From positions 32,001 to 96,000 of IMG/VR virus record IMGVR_UViG_3300008267_000003: 64,000 nt of DNA; one strand, given 5' to 3'. A program made the position numbers and the translations under genes. Numbering within the stretch: position 1 is the first letter of the stretch; each line of letters begins with the position of its first letter. The stretch comes from a virus. The notes beneath the pieces were generated by a model. It ran no database searches and was not told the origin of the DNA. It saw nothing but the letters and a program-made list of their open reading frames with translations. Of the stretch, positions 41,589 to 52,225 are shown piece by piece.

Positions 41589-42236
41589 ATGAAACTTATT
41601 AGCGAAGTATATGAAAAAGTAAATTTTCTCGTAGAAGAAAAGGAAGGTAAAAAAGACTTTTTCATAGAAGGAACTTTCATGGTTGCCAATCGAGGCAACA
41701 AGAATAATAGAATATACAAAAAAGATATTCTTGAAAGAGAAGTTCAAAGATATACTAAAGAGCACATCAACGAGAATAGGGCTTTTGGTGAGTTGGGTCA
41801 TCCACAGGGACCTACCATCAACTTAGAAAGAACAGCTATTCTTATTAAGTCTTTAAAGAGCGAGGGCGATAACTTTATTGGTAGAGCTAAAGTTATGGAT
41901 ACTCCTTATGGTAATATTGTTAAAAATCTAATGATGGAAGGTGCAACTCTAGGTGTTTCATCTAGAGGTATGGGCTCCTTAAGAATGAATGACAAGGGAT
42001 TGAATGAAGTACAGGATGACTTTTATCTTGCAACAGCAGCAGATGTAGTTGCAGATCCTTCCGCTCCAGGCGCCTTTGTTAGAGGCATCATGGAGGGTGT
42101 TGAGTGGGTTTGGGATAATGGAGTCTTAAAACCTCAAGAGGTTGAAGAGATGAAGAAAACCATCCAAAAGGCATCTAGTAGAAACCTTGAGGAAGCTCAA
42201 CTTAAGGTTTTTAAACAGTTCATCAAATCACTGTAA
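41589..42236 (+). CDS. gp21: Prohead protease
   Basis: 'GELGHP', 'GVSSRGMGSL', 'DVVADPSAP'. Confidence 0.97.
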   Translation: MKLISEVYEKVNFLVEEKEGKKDFFIEGTFMVANRGNKNNRIYKKDILEREVQRYTKEHINENRAFGELGHPQGPTINLERTAILIKSLKSEGDNFIGRAKVMDTPYGNIVKNLMMEGATLGVSSRGMGSLRMNDKGLNEVQDDFYLATAADVVADPSAPGAFVRGIMEGVEWVWDNGVLKPQEVEEMKKTIQKASSRNLEEAQLKVFKQFIKSL

Positions 42237-42246
42237 ATTTTTAAAA

Positions 42247-42254
42247 TATAAATA
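42247..42254 (+). promoter_or_regulatory. T4 late promoter TATAAATA
   Basis: Exact consensus upstream of gp22. Confidence 0.8.
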
Positions 42255-42282
42255 ATAAAGATACTTTTAAGGAGTAAAGAAA

Positions 42283-43236
42283 ATGGCAACAAAACAACAA
42301 CTAGATGAATTACAAGTAGGTGGTGGTGCTACTGGTGTCTCGATGGTACCTGATGCCGGCACTAAGAAAACATCTCTTCCTAATTCTAAATCACAGGGTG
42401 ATGGTTCACAGTCTCTAGCTGGAGATCAACAAGAAACAGATCCTCAAAACAACTCAGCTCCAACAGGAGATATGTCAGCTCAGAATAAGGCTTCGGTAGC
42501 AATGAAAGAACACATCGACGCAATGTTTAACGGAGAAGATCTCTCCGAAGAATTTAAAGAAAAAGCAACTACAATTTTTGAAGCTGCTATCTACGCTCGT
42601 ATTAACGAAGAAGTTCAGCGTCTAGAAGAGCAGTACGCAGACAAAGTAGAAGAAGCTGTTGGCGAGATTGCAGAAGAAATCACTTCTAAATTAGACGACT
42701 ATCTCAATTACTGTGTAGAGCAGTGGATGAAGGAAAATGAAGTTGCAATTGAGCATTCACTTAAGTCTGAAATCACAGAAGATTTCATGGACGGTCTAAA
42801 GAATCTATTTGCTGAAAACTATATCGAGATTCCGGAAGACAAGCTAGATGTTCTCGAGCAGCTTACAGCCAAGGTTGAAGAGCTAGAAGACAAACTCAAT
42901 TCTCAGATTTCTGAAAACATTGAACTATCCAAGTCTATCAGCCAGTACAATGTTCAAGAGATTTTTGCTGAAGTATCAGAAGGCCTAGTAATGACACAAG
43001 TTGAAAAACTACGTCAGCTTGCAGAAGGCATCGATTACGACTCAGCAGACAACTACAAAAAGAAATTGTTACTTGTTAAGGAAAACTATTTCCCAACACA
43101 GCAAGTTTCAGTTTCAACAACAGAAGAAGATAATGCAATTGGTAACAACGATTTAGCTGAAGATACTTCAGTTAGATTCCAAGATCCATCAGTTAAGCGT
43201 TACTTTTCTGCGATCTCAAGAATTAATAAAGCATAA
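42283..43236 (+). CDS. gp22: Prohead scaffold protein
   Basis: 'LSEEFKEKATTIFEAA...DDYLNY..EQWMKEN'. Confidence 0.95.
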   Translation: MATKQQLDELQVGGGATGVSMVPDAGTKKTSLPNSKSQGDGSQSLAGDQQETDPQNNSAPTGDMSAQNKASVAMKEHIDAMFNGEDLSEEFKEKATTIFEAAIYARINEEVQRLEEQYADKVEEAVGEIAEEITSKLDDYLNYCVEQWMKENEVAIEHSLKSEITEDFMDGLKNLFAENYIEIPEDKLDVLEQLTAKVEELEDKLNSQISENIELSKSISQYNVQEIFAEVSEGLVMTQVEKLRQLAEGIDYDSADNYKKKLLLVKENYFPTQQVSVSTTEEDNAIGNNDLAEDTSVRFQDPSVKRYFSAISRINKA

Positions 43237-43274
43237 ATAAAAAAGATTTTATCAACCCCGTAAGGAGAAGTAAC

Positions 43275-44603
43275 ATGATGTTAGCTGAAGAATTACAATC
43301 AAAATGGGATCCTATTCTGACTCACCCAGATTTAGCTCCTATTAAAGATCAGCATCGTAGAAGCGTTACCGCTGTTGTTCTAGAGAACACAGAGAAGGCA
43401 CTTCGCGAAGCCAATCAATACGTTCCACAAACACTTACAGAGACAGCTGCTAATGCAACTGGTGCTGATATCGATACTTTCGATCCAGTTCTTATCTCTC
43501 TAGTTCGCCGTGCAATGCCAAATCTAATTGCGTATGACATCTGCGGCGTTCAGCCAATGACTGGTCCTACCGGTTTGATCTTCGCAATGCGTTCCAAGTA
43601 TAGCAACAGCTCCAATAGCGGTGTTGAGAACTTCTACAATGAAGTTAACTCATCATTCTCTTCTGTTGTTACTGGTGCTAACACACTAGGTCAGAAGCAT
43701 GTTGGTGGTGTTCCTGGTAACACAACAACTGGTACTGCTAACCTTGCTGAAACAGGTATCTACAACTTCGGTTCAGGTATGTCTACAGCGCAAGCAGAAG
43801 CTCTAGGTACTTCAGGTAACGTTTCTTTTGCTGAAATGGCTTTCTCGATTGAGAAAGTAACTGTAACAGCTAAGTCACGTGCTCTAAAAGCTGAGTACAC
43901 AATGGAACTTGCACAAGATCTGAAAGCAATCCATGGTCTAGATGCTGAAACAGAACTAAGCAACATTCTCTCTTCAGAGATCCTTGCTGAGATCAACCGT
44001 GAAGTTGTTCGTACAATCAATGTTACTGCTACACGTGGTGCTACTGAGAATACAACAACAGCTGGTCGTTTTGACCTTGACACAGACTCAAACGGTCGTT
44101 GGAGCGTTGAGAAGTTCAAGGGTCTAATGTTCCAAGTTGAGCGTGAAGCTAACCAAATTGCCAAGGCTACACGTCGTGGTAAAGGTAACATGATCATCTG
44201 TTCTTCTGACGTTGCTTCTGCACTTCAGATGGCTGGTGTTCTTGATTACGCTCCTGCTCTAAACAGCAACAACCTAAACGTTGATGACACAGGTAACACT
44301 TTCGCTGGTGTTCTAAATGGTCGTATCCGTGTTTACATCGATCCATATGCAACTGGTAACTACATGACTGTTGGTTACAAAGGCGCATCTGCATTCGACG
44401 CAGGTCTGTTCTATTGCCCATACGTTCCTCTACAAATGGTTCGTGCAGTTGATCCTGACAGCTTCCAGCCTAAGATTGGCTTTAAGACTCGTTACGGAAT
44501 GGTTGCAAACCCATTTGCTGAAGGTTCGACAGCTGGTCTAGGTGCTCTAACCAAAGATTCTAACGTTTACTACCGTAGACTCATGGTTGACAACCTAATG
44601 TAA
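43275..44603 (+). CDS. gp23: Major capsid protein
   Basis: 'GVQPMTGPTGLIFAMR', 'AKSRALKAEYT', 'FQPKIGFKTRYG'. Confidence 0.98.
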   Translation: MMLAEELQSKWDPILTHPDLAPIKDQHRRSVTAVVLENTEKALREANQYVPQTLTETAANATGADIDTFDPVLISLVRRAMPNLIAYDICGVQPMTGPTGLIFAMRSKYSNSSNSGVENFYNEVNSSFSSVVTGANTLGQKHVGGVPGNTTTGTANLAETGIYNFGSGMSTAQAEALGTSGNVSFAEMAFSIEKVTVTAKSRALKAEYTMELAQDLKAIHGLDAETELSNILSSEILAEINREVVRTINVTATRGATENTTTAGRFDLDTDSNGRWSVEKFKGLMFQVEREANQIAKATRRGKGNMIICSSDVASALQMAGVLDYAPALNSNNLNVDDTGNTFAGVLNGRIRVYIDPYATGNYMTVGYKGASAFDAGLFYCPYVPLQMVRAVDPDSFQPKIGFKTRYGMVANPFAEGSTAGLGALTKDSNVYYRRLMVDNLM

Positions 44604-44642
44604 TTGTTTATAAAAATTACAATATAACATAGCAGCAATTTT

Positions 44643-44669
44643 GAGAGGATCTTCGGATCCTCTCTTTTT
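44643..44669 (+). terminator. Intrinsic terminator after gp23
   Basis: GAGAGGATC-TTCG-GATCCTCTC-TTTTT (UUCG tetraloop). Confidence 0.9.
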
Positions 44670-44699
44670 ATTTGCATAAATAGTAAAAAAGGATATACT

Positions 44700-45236
44700 A
44701 TGAGTGCCATTACAAATACACCAGTAAATAGAAACTTCTTAGCATCATCTAACTTCAGAATGGCTCTGCAGAGAGCTCCTTCGCTGAACTTCTTCCTTCA
44801 AGGTATTTCAATCCCTGGGTTATCTTTTGAGGGTTCTATAGATGTGCCCACCCCGTTTGTTAAAATTCCTATCCCAGGTGACCATATTAACTACGCTCCT
44901 CTTACAGTTGAGTTCATAGTTGATGAGGATCTAACAAACTATCTAGAAATATGGAATTGGATTATTTCCATTGCCGGCCCAGAATCAATAGACCCAACAT
45001 CAACAGATAGACTTGACAATAAGTTAGTAACGGATTATAATTCTAGAGCTAGATCAGATATTAAGTTAATGATTCTTTCTAGCGCTAAGAACCCAAACCT
45101 TGAAGTTACTTTTTATGATGCATTTCCTTCCAGTCTTGGCCAATTAAACTTTACAACTGTTTCTTCCGATATCTCTTACATACAATGTTCGGTTACCTTC
45201 GACTATATCAAATATAAAATTGAAAAATACAGTTGA
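44700..45236 (+). CDS. gp3: Tail completion / sheath stabilizer
   Basis: 'NFLASSNF...FIVDEDLTNYLEIWNW...DAFPSSL'; CATAAATA at 44675. Confidence 0.9.
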   Translation: MSAITNTPVNRNFLASSNFRMALQRAPSLNFFLQGISIPGLSFEGSIDVPTPFVKIPIPGDHINYAPLTVEFIVDEDLTNYLEIWNWIISIAGPESIDPTSTDRLDNKLVTDYNSRARSDIKLMILSSAKNPNLEVTFYDAFPSSLGQLNFTTVSSDISYIQCSVTFDYIKYKIEKYS

Positions 45237-45261
45237 CCTTGTTTGATTAATAATGTATCAT
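45233..45261 (+). promoter_or_regulatory. sigma70-type promoter
   Basis: TTGACC-17 nt-TATCAT upstream of uvsY. Confidence 0.65.
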
Positions 45262-45283
45262 ATGATCTAAATGGGAGGATTGT

Positions 45284-45718
45284 ATGAAGACTGATGAACT
45301 TATAATTGAGTGGGAGCGAGATAGTGATGTTGATAAAACTGAGCTGGGAAAAGAGTCACTGCGTATTCCTCAATTACACTCAAAGTATTTGAAGGAGCTG
45401 TTCCTAGCTAAATCAATGCTTACCAAACTTAACGGTGACTTCAAAAAACTATACAAACTCAAACATCAATACTATCAGGGTATCTTATCCCAGGAAGAGT
45501 TAGAAGAGCATGGTTGGAGTCCGCAACCACTGAAGATACTTAAGGTTGACATTCCAATTTATCTTGAATCAGATGATGATCTTCAGACTATACAACAAAG
45601 AATACAGCTAACAGAAGACAAGTTAGAAATTATCGAAAACATTATACGTACACTCAATAACAGAGGATATCTTTTGAAAAATGCTATTGAGTGGGAAAAG
45701 TTTAAAATGGGTGTATGA
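45284..45718 (+). CDS. uvsY: Recombination mediator
   Basis: 'ESLRIPQLHSKY...NRGYLLKNAIEW'. Confidence 0.92.
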   Translation: MKTDELIIEWERDSDVDKTELGKESLRIPQLHSKYLKELFLAKSMLTKLNGDFKKLYKLKHQYYQGILSQEELEEHGWSPQPLKILKVDIPIYLESDDDLQTIQQRIQLTEDKLEIIENIIRTLNNRGYLLKNAIEWEKFKMGV

Positions 45719-47166
45719 TACAGTTAGAGAGATATAACGAAACCTATATTAAGGTTCATTGTAATGATGGTGTTGCTCAAGAGCTTTCAGACTATTTTAC
45801 GTTTGAGGTACCTGGTGCTCGTTTCATTCCTTCAGTGAGAAAGAAAGGATGGGATGGTAAGATACGGTTGTTCAACTCTGGTACGCATCACATCTACACA
45901 GGATTGATAGATTATGTTAAAGACTTTGCAAAACAAAATGATTATCCTGTAGATCTGCTTTCTGATTTTTCAGATGACACTGATGAGGTTGATGTTGAGC
46001 AGTTCTTTAAATCAATCAACCTTACAAAGCACCCTAGAGATTATCAGATAGCAGCTTTCAAGCATGCAATAAAGAAAAAAAGATCTTTACTATTATCTCC
46101 TACAGCTTCTGGTAAGTCATTAATAATATATCTTCTCTGCAGGTTCTTCAATCTTAAAACGCTATTGATTGTACCCACCACATCTTTAGTGTATCAGATG
46201 TATTCTGATTTTGAAGAGTATGGCTATGATTCAAAGTCCAATTGCCACATGATATTCTCTGGTCAGGAAAAGGACGAAGATAAATCAATATACATATCAA
46301 CATGGCAGTCAATATATAATCAACCACGTAAATGGTTTCAGCAGTTTGATGTGGTGATAGGAGATGAAGCTCACCTATTCAAAGCAAAGTCTCTTACATC
46401 TATAATGCAGAATCTTTTCAACTGCAAGTATAGGTTTGGATTCACAGGAACACTAGATGGGTCGCAGACTCATAAATTAGTACTCGAGGGTTTGTTTGGT
46501 ACAGTCAAGAAAGTAACAACTACAGCTGATTTGATTGAGCAAAAATATCTATCCGAATTCAGAATCAAAGCTATTGTATTGGAATATGATGACTACTATA
46601 AGAAGTTAATGAAAGTAGCTCCGTACAGAGATGAAATTGAGTTCCTAATTAATCATCAAGCTAGAAACAAATTTATAGCAGACCTATCATTACAACTCAA
46701 AGGCAACACCCTTATTTTATATCAGTATGTTGACAAACACGGAAAAGCACTATATGATCTTATCAAGCAAAATAAAAACAATCACATCCAGCTGTATTTC
46801 GTTTCTGGTGAGATTAGTGGTGAGAACCGAAATGATATTAGAAGAGCTGTGGAAATGGAAACTGGTTCGATTATTGTCGCTTCTTATGGTACTTTTTCTA
46901 CTGGCGTCAATATTACAAACCTGCACAATATCATTTTCGCTTCACCTTCAAAATCAAGGATCCGAAACCTACAATCCATCGGACGTGGACTACGAAAGGG
47001 AAGTAGAAAAGATAAAGCCACTCTTTTCGACATAGCGGATAATTTACAGTGGAAGCAACGACGTAACTACACCTTGAATCATTTTGTGGAAAGAATAAAA
47101 ATATATAATGAAGAGAAGTTTGAGTATAAAACATATTCCATACCTTTAAAGGATAGCAATGATTAA
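45715..47166 (+). CDS. uvsW: DNA helicase
   Basis: 'SPTASGKS', 'DEAH', 'LQSIGRGLR'. Confidence 0.95.
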   Translation: MIQLERYNETYIKVHCNDGVAQELSDYFTFEVPGARFIPSVRKKGWDGKIRLFNSGTHHIYTGLIDYVKDFAKQNDYPVDLLSDFSDDTDEVDVEQFFKSINLTKHPRDYQIAAFKHAIKKKRSLLLSPTASGKSLIIYLLCRFFNLKTLLIVPTTSLVYQMYSDFEEYGYDSKSNCHMIFSGQEKDEDKSIYISTWQSIYNQPRKWFQQFDVVIGDEAHLFKAKSLTSIMQNLFNCKYRFGFTGTLDGSQTHKLVLEGLFGTVKKVTTTADLIEQKYLSEFRIKAIVLEYDDYYKKLMKVAPYRDEIEFLINHQARNKFIADLSLQLKGNTLILYQYVDKHGKALYDLIKQNKNNHIQLYFVSGEISGENRNDIRRAVEMETGSIIVASYGTFSTGVNITNLHNIIFASPSKSRIRNLQSIGRGLRKGSRKDKATLFDIADNLQWKQRRNYTLNHFVERIKIYNEEKFEYKTYSIPLKDSND

Positions 47167-47557
47167 AATAGTTAAGCTTCAAAATAACAGTGAAATCATT
47201 GGTCATGTAATTCACGAGGATGAGAAAGATGTTCTCATCGAAGATCCCTTCACAATCAACTATATCTTTTCACCAAGAAGTGAACGTCCTGTGATAGGAC
47301 TTTTAAGATATATGCCTTTTGCTGAGAGTAGAACTATATCCTTCCAAAAGGAAAATGTAATTGTATCACTTGCTGCTAGAAAGTCTATGGCTAATTATTA
47401 TGAGGCTGTTCTTCAATCCTACATTAAAGAGGTTGATGAAAGCATAGATATTGAGCTAGAAAGTATTGCAGAGCTAGAAGACAATCAAAATGATACAAAT
47501 ACAGATGTGCTCACAGCAATGATGGAAAGACTTAATCCTAATAATAGTATGCACTGA
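47159..47557 (+). CDS. Conserved T4-like hypothetical protein (Sm-like fold suspected)
   Basis: 'IKIVKLQNNSEIIG'; usual position between uvsW and gp55. Confidence 0.6.
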   Translation: MIKIVKLQNNSEIIGHVIHEDEKDVLIEDPFTINYIFSPRSERPVIGLLRYMPFAESRTISFQKENVIVSLAARKSMANYYEAVLQSYIKEVDESIDIELESIAELEDNQNDTNTDVLTAMMERLNPNNSMH

Positions 47558-47558
47558 T

Positions 47559-48098
47559 ATGACAACTAACTACATTGACAATAAAACATTCTACGAAGCC
47601 ATCAAACAATACAAGCAGACAGTAAGAGATGCTGAGCAACAAAACAAAACGAAGCCTATTTTACCAAACTATCTTGGTGAGTGTATATTGTTAATTGCAA
47701 ATAGACTAGCTACCAAACCAAACTTTATCAACTATTCTTATCGTGATGAGATGATTGCAGATGGAATTGAAAACTGCATCATGTATATTGATAACTTTGA
47801 TCCAGATAAATCCACAAACCCTTTTGCATATTTTACTCAGATAATCTACTTTGCTTTTCTAAGACGGATACAGAAAGAAAAGAAACACCTGTATATTAAA
47901 CATCAGGTATATAAGAACTCGGCTATATCAGAGGAGTTGTTTGATCTACAGGATGGAGATATGTTTGATGGTGGTCCAACTAACAATATGTTTGAGAATG
48001 AGAAAATGAGTGACTTTATTAAGTCTTTCGAGGATAATCTAGAGAAGAAGCGAAAGCCCGCAGAGAAGACTGGTATTGATAAATTTGTTGAGGAATAA
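47559..48098 (+). CDS. gp55: Late transcription sigma factor
   Basis: 'NYSYRDEMIADGIENC...NPFAYFTQI..AFLRRIQKEK'. Confidence 0.95.
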   Translation: MTTNYIDNKTFYEAIKQYKQTVRDAEQQNKTKPILPNYLGECILLIANRLATKPNFINYSYRDEMIADGIENCIMYIDNFDPDKSTNPFAYFTQIIYFAFLRRIQKEKKHLYIKHQVYKNSAISEELFDLQDGDMFDGGPTNNMFENEKMSDFIKSFEDNLEKKRKPAEKTGIDKFVEE

Positions 48099-49147
48099 TG
48101 AAGATAGCTTTAATAACGGACACGCACTTTGGTGCAAGGGGAGACCATGGAGCATTCGACAAACATTTTAAGAAATTCTACGACCAATCGTTTTTTCCAA
48201 CACTTGATGAACGAGGAATACGGAATGTTATTCATCTTGGCGATATGTTTGATCGTCGCAAGTACATTAACTATCTTACTCTCAACAATTGCCGCGAGTA
48301 CTTTTTTGATCCTTTACGTGATCGGAAAATTAGGCTCGATGTTATCGTCGGTAATCACGACGTTTTCTACAAGAACACAAACTCAATAAACTCTCCAGAG
48401 CTATTACTAGCTGATTATGACAACATATCACCTTATAGTGACCCTGTTGAGTTAACATATGCAGGTTTAGACATCTTGATGCTGCCATGGATATGTGCAG
48501 ACAACTACAACGATGTCATGGGTATGATCAAGAATACTAGAGCGCAAGTATGCTTTGGTCATCTTGAACTAGCTGGTTTCCAAATGTATAAAGGACAGGT
48601 AAACGACCATGGATTTGATTCTAAAATATTCGAACGATTTGATCTTGTTTGTACTGGTCACTTTCATCATCGTTCAAGCTCTGGCAATATTCACTATCTC
48701 GGAAATCCTTATGAGCTTACGTGGGCTGATTATGAAGACCCAAGAGGATTCCACATCTTCGACACAGAGACAAGAGAGTTAGAGTTTATACAGAACCCTA
48801 ACAGGATGTTCTACAAAATATTCTTTAATGATAAGTTTGAGCTAGGTGATTATAGCCATTTAGCAGATACGTTTGTTAAGGTAGTGGTACAAAGCAGAGA
48901 TAATCCAATTCAATTAGACATGCTTATTGATAAACTAGAAAAGTCAGGTATTGCAGATCTACAGGTGGTAGATGATCACATGCATATGGATCTTCAGGAT
49001 GATAATGATATTGTTGAAAGTGCTGAAGATACAATGACAATCCTATCTAAATTTTGTGAGCAGATAGAAACAACTGCTGACAAACAACGACTAGACAGAC
49101 TTCTACGTAGTTTATATAATGAGGCGATCAATATAGAGTCAGCTTAA
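48098..49147 (+). CDS. gp47: Recombination nuclease subunit (Mre11-like)
   Basis: 'DTHFG', 'GDMFD', 'GNHD', 'GHFH'. Confidence 0.95.
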   Translation: MKIALITDTHFGARGDHGAFDKHFKKFYDQSFFPTLDERGIRNVIHLGDMFDRRKYINYLTLNNCREYFFDPLRDRKIRLDVIVGNHDVFYKNTNSINSPELLLADYDNISPYSDPVELTYAGLDILMLPWICADNYNDVMGMIKNTRAQVCFGHLELAGFQMYKGQVNDHGFDSKIFERFDLVCTGHFHHRSSSGNIHYLGNPYELTWADYEDPRGFHIFDTETRELEFIQNPNRMFYKIFFNDKFELGDYSHLADTFVKVVVQSRDNPIQLDMLIDKLEKSGIADLQVVDDHMHMDLQDDNDIVESAEDTMTILSKFCEQIETTADKQRLDRLLRSLYNEAINIESA

Positions 49148-49150
49148 TAT

Positions 49151-50869
49151 ATGATAAGTTTCAAATGTATTAGATGGAAGAACATTCTATCTACGGGTGA
49201 TGTATGGACAGAAGTTAATTTTCAGAAATCAAAATCAACATTGATAGTAGGTGAGAATGGTGCTGGTAAAAGTACTATTCTTGATGCTATCTGTTTTGCT
49301 CTTTTTGCAAAGCCTTTCCGCAAGATAAACAAACCTCAATTGATCAACTCGATCAATAAGAAGGGAATGCTTGTTGAGCTAGAGTTCTCAATTGGCTCTA
49401 AGCAGTATTTAATATGTAGAGGTCAAAAGCCAAACGTCTTTGATATCATCTGTAATGGTGATATGATGAACCAGACATCAGATGTTAGAGAGTATCAAGA
49501 GATGCTTGAGAAGAATATTCTTAAGCTGAACTTCAAATCCTTTTCTCAGATTGTTATTTTAGGTAGTGCATCATTCACTCCTTTCATGCAACTGCCAGCA
49601 GCTCATCGTAGAGAGATAATAGAAGATCTATTAGATATCCAAATCTTCTCCACTATGAATAGTATTCTTAAGGAAAAGATATCTCTCAACAAAGAAGAGT
49701 TGACTAGCGTATCGTTTGAGATTAAAAATGCTGTTGATAAAATTGAGCTGCATAAAAGATTGACTACTACAATCAAGGACAATAAACAAACAACAATTGA
49801 TGCAAAGAATAATCAGCTTAAAGAAGTAGCTGGCAACATGCAGATAGCTCTTGATGTTATCAAGGAGCATAAAACGACTATCACCCTTCTTGAAGGCAGT
49901 ATTGTTGATGAGGACGTTGTATCAGGTAAGTATTCTAACTACCTTGATTTGAAACGTACTGGTGAAGACAAACTAAGATCAATAACAGAAAGCATTGACT
50001 TTTTACAAGACCATGAAAGCTGTCCTACTTGCAATCAAGATATAGATGCTCACTTTAAAGATGGTAGTATCGAAGAAAAGAACAAACAAAAAACAAAAGT
50101 AGAAGAGACCCTTGTCTCACTACAAGATCATTTAGACTCTTTAAATGAGAGGTTGATGGTCATATCAGATGTGCATTCTTTTATTCAACAACAAGAGTCT
50201 TACATACAAGAATGCAACACTCAAGTAAAAATATATCAGAACACAATCAAGCTGTTACAGGATGAGATAGCAACACTTCAGTCAGACATAGAGGTACAAT
50301 CAACGGATGATGCTGAAGAGCTAGATGCGATCAAAAGAACTTTGAAAGCAGCGATCAACACGAAAGAAGAACTACTAAAAGATAAATCCGCTCTTGATGT
50401 TGCAGCTGTACTACTGAAGGACTCTGGTGTTAAGACTAAGATTATAAAGCAATATATTCCTGTAATAAATAAACTTGTTAACAAATACTTAGCTGCAATG
50501 GACTTCTTTGTTAACTTTGAATTGAATGAAAACTTCGAAGAGACAATTAAATCAAGACATCGTGATGACTTTAGCTATGAGTCGTTCTCTGAGGGAGAGA
50601 AAATGCGTATTGATCTTGCTCTCCTGTTTACATGGAGATCTATCAGCAAGCTTCGTAACTCTGCATCTACTAATCTCCTAATCATGGACGAAGTGTTTGA
50701 TAGTTCACTAGATAATAATGGTACAGAAGAGTTCCTAAAGATAATCAATACGTTGACCGCTGATACTAACTTGTTTATAATATCGCACAAGGGTGATCAA
50801 CTGTTCGATAAATTCCATTCAGTAATCAAATTCCAAAAAGTAAAAAACTTTAGTCAAATGGTGAAATAA
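49151..50869 (+). CDS. gp46: Recombination ATPase subunit (Rad50-like)
   Basis: 'GENGAGKST', CPTC hook, 'FSEGEK', 'MDEVFD'. Confidence 0.95.
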   Translation: MISFKCIRWKNILSTGDVWTEVNFQKSKSTLIVGENGAGKSTILDAICFALFAKPFRKINKPQLINSINKKGMLVELEFSIGSKQYLICRGQKPNVFDIICNGDMMNQTSDVREYQEMLEKNILKLNFKSFSQIVILGSASFTPFMQLPAAHRREIIEDLLDIQIFSTMNSILKEKISLNKEELTSVSFEIKNAVDKIELHKRLTTTIKDNKQTTIDAKNNQLKEVAGNMQIALDVIKEHKTTITLLEGSIVDEDVVSGKYSNYLDLKRTGEDKLRSITESIDFLQDHESCPTCNQDIDAHFKDGSIEEKNKQKTKVEETLVSLQDHLDSLNERLMVISDVHSFIQQQESYIQECNTQVKIYQNTIKLLQDEIATLQSDIEVQSTDDAEELDAIKRTLKAAINTKEELLKDKSALDVAAVLLKDSGVKTKIIKQYIPVINKLVNKYLAAMDFFVNFELNENFEETIKSRHRDDFSYESFSEGEKMRIDLALLFTWRSISKLRNSASTNLLIMDEVFDSSLDNNGTEEFLKIINTLTADTNLFIISHKGDQLFDKFHSVIKFQKVKNFSQMVK

Positions 50870-51381
50870 TGATATATGATTTAGTAGCTCCAGACCACCC
50901 ACTGCTAAGAACAAAGCTGGAGAGGTTTGATTTCAACAACCCTCCAATCAACCCACACGAGCTAACTAATAACCTTATCGAGACAATGATCCACTATAAG
51001 GGTATTGGTCTTTCTGCTAACCAATGTGGTTTACCGTACAGAGCTTTTGTACTATGGTCCAATCCAACAAAAGTAATCTTTAATCCAGTCGTAGCTGATG
51101 TATCCACAGAGCAGATTATGCTGGAAGAAGGTTGTGTCACATATCCAAATCTGTTTATCAAAATTAAACGTCCTAAGCTAGTACGTATTCGCTACATGGA
51201 TTCTTTTGGTGAGTCGCATACTGATAAGTTTACTGGTATGTCAGCACGGTGCGTATTACACGAAGTAGATCATTTGAATGGTGTTAACTTTACATTCAAA
51301 GCAAATAAGTTTCATTATGATCAAGCAATGAGACAAAGGAATAAGCGTCAAAAATCTTATAAGGTGCCTGAATATGAGTAA
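50869..51381 (+). CDS. def: Peptide deformylase
   Basis: 'GIGLSANQCG', 'EGC', 'HEVDH'. Confidence 0.92.
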   Translation: MIYDLVAPDHPLLRTKLERFDFNNPPINPHELTNNLIETMIHYKGIGLSANQCGLPYRAFVLWSNPTKVIFNPVVADVSTEQIMLEEGCVTYPNLFIKIKRPKLVRIRYMDSFGESHTDKFTGMSARCVLHEVDHLNGVNFTFKANKFHYDQAMRQRNKRQKSYKVPEYE

Positions 51382-52225
51382 AATTAAAGTAGCCGAGCTG
51401 TTCTACAGCTTGCAGGGTGAAGGTAAGTATGTAGGTGTTCCTAGTGTGTTTCTACGGACGTTTGGATGCAACTTCATGTGTAGTGGTTTTGGTATGCCAA
51501 AAGGAAGTGCCTCTAAAGAGCGAGATGTCATCGCTATGAATGTTGACGCATATAAGACCTATGATTCTCTTCCTCTTGTACATACAGGTTGTGATTCGTA
51601 TGCCAGCTGGGATCCTAGATTCAAACATCTTTCTCCTGTACTTAGAACTGACAGTATCGTAGATTCTATTTTAGATCTATTACCTAACAAAGAGTGGAAG
51701 AATGAACACTTAATTATTACCGGTGGCGAGCCTCTTCTTGGATGGCAAAGATCGTATGAAGATCTGCTTTGGAATGATACGATGAGACCTTTGAAGTCTT
51801 TGACTTTTGAGACTAATGGTACACAACAGCTCACAGATGATTTCAAAAAGTTCCTGGCTAAGTATTCAAGCAAGCTCAATGGAAAAACAGAAGTGGTATT
51901 TTCTGTGAGTGCAAAGCTGAGTCCATCAGGTGAGAAGTGGGAGGAAGCTATTCTTCCTAAGGTAGTCGCAGAGTATGCTTGGTATGGTGAGGTTTATTTT
52001 AAATTCGTCGTTGACAAAGAGACGGATCTTGAGGAAATTGATAGAGCAGTAGCGGCGTATCGTGAACAGGGTATTGCTGGTGAAGTATATCTGATGCCTG
52101 TTGGTGGTACTGATCAAACTTATTTCAGCAACTACAAAGCCGTTGCAGAGATGGCTATGAAGCGTGGTTGGAGATATAGTCCCAGACTTCAGGTTGACAT
52201 CTGGAGAAATGCCTGGGGCACTTAA
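51374..52225 (+). CDS. queE: 7-carboxy-7-deazaguanine synthase (radical SAM)
   Basis: 'ELFYSLQGEG...FLRTFGCNFMC...CDS', 'ITGGEP', 'ETNGT', 'SPRLQ'. Confidence 0.88.
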   Translation: MSKIKVAELFYSLQGEGKYVGVPSVFLRTFGCNFMCSGFGMPKGSASKERDVIAMNVDAYKTYDSLPLVHTGCDSYASWDPRFKHLSPVLRTDSIVDSILDLLPNKEWKNEHLIITGGEPLLGWQRSYEDLLWNDTMRPLKSLTFETNGTQQLTDDFKKFLAKYSSKLNGKTEVVFSVSAKLSPSGEKWEEAILPKVVAEYAWYGEVYFKFVVDKETDLEEIDRAVAAYREQGIAGEVYLMPVGGTDQTYFSNYKAVAEMAMKRGWRYSPRLQVDIWRNAWGT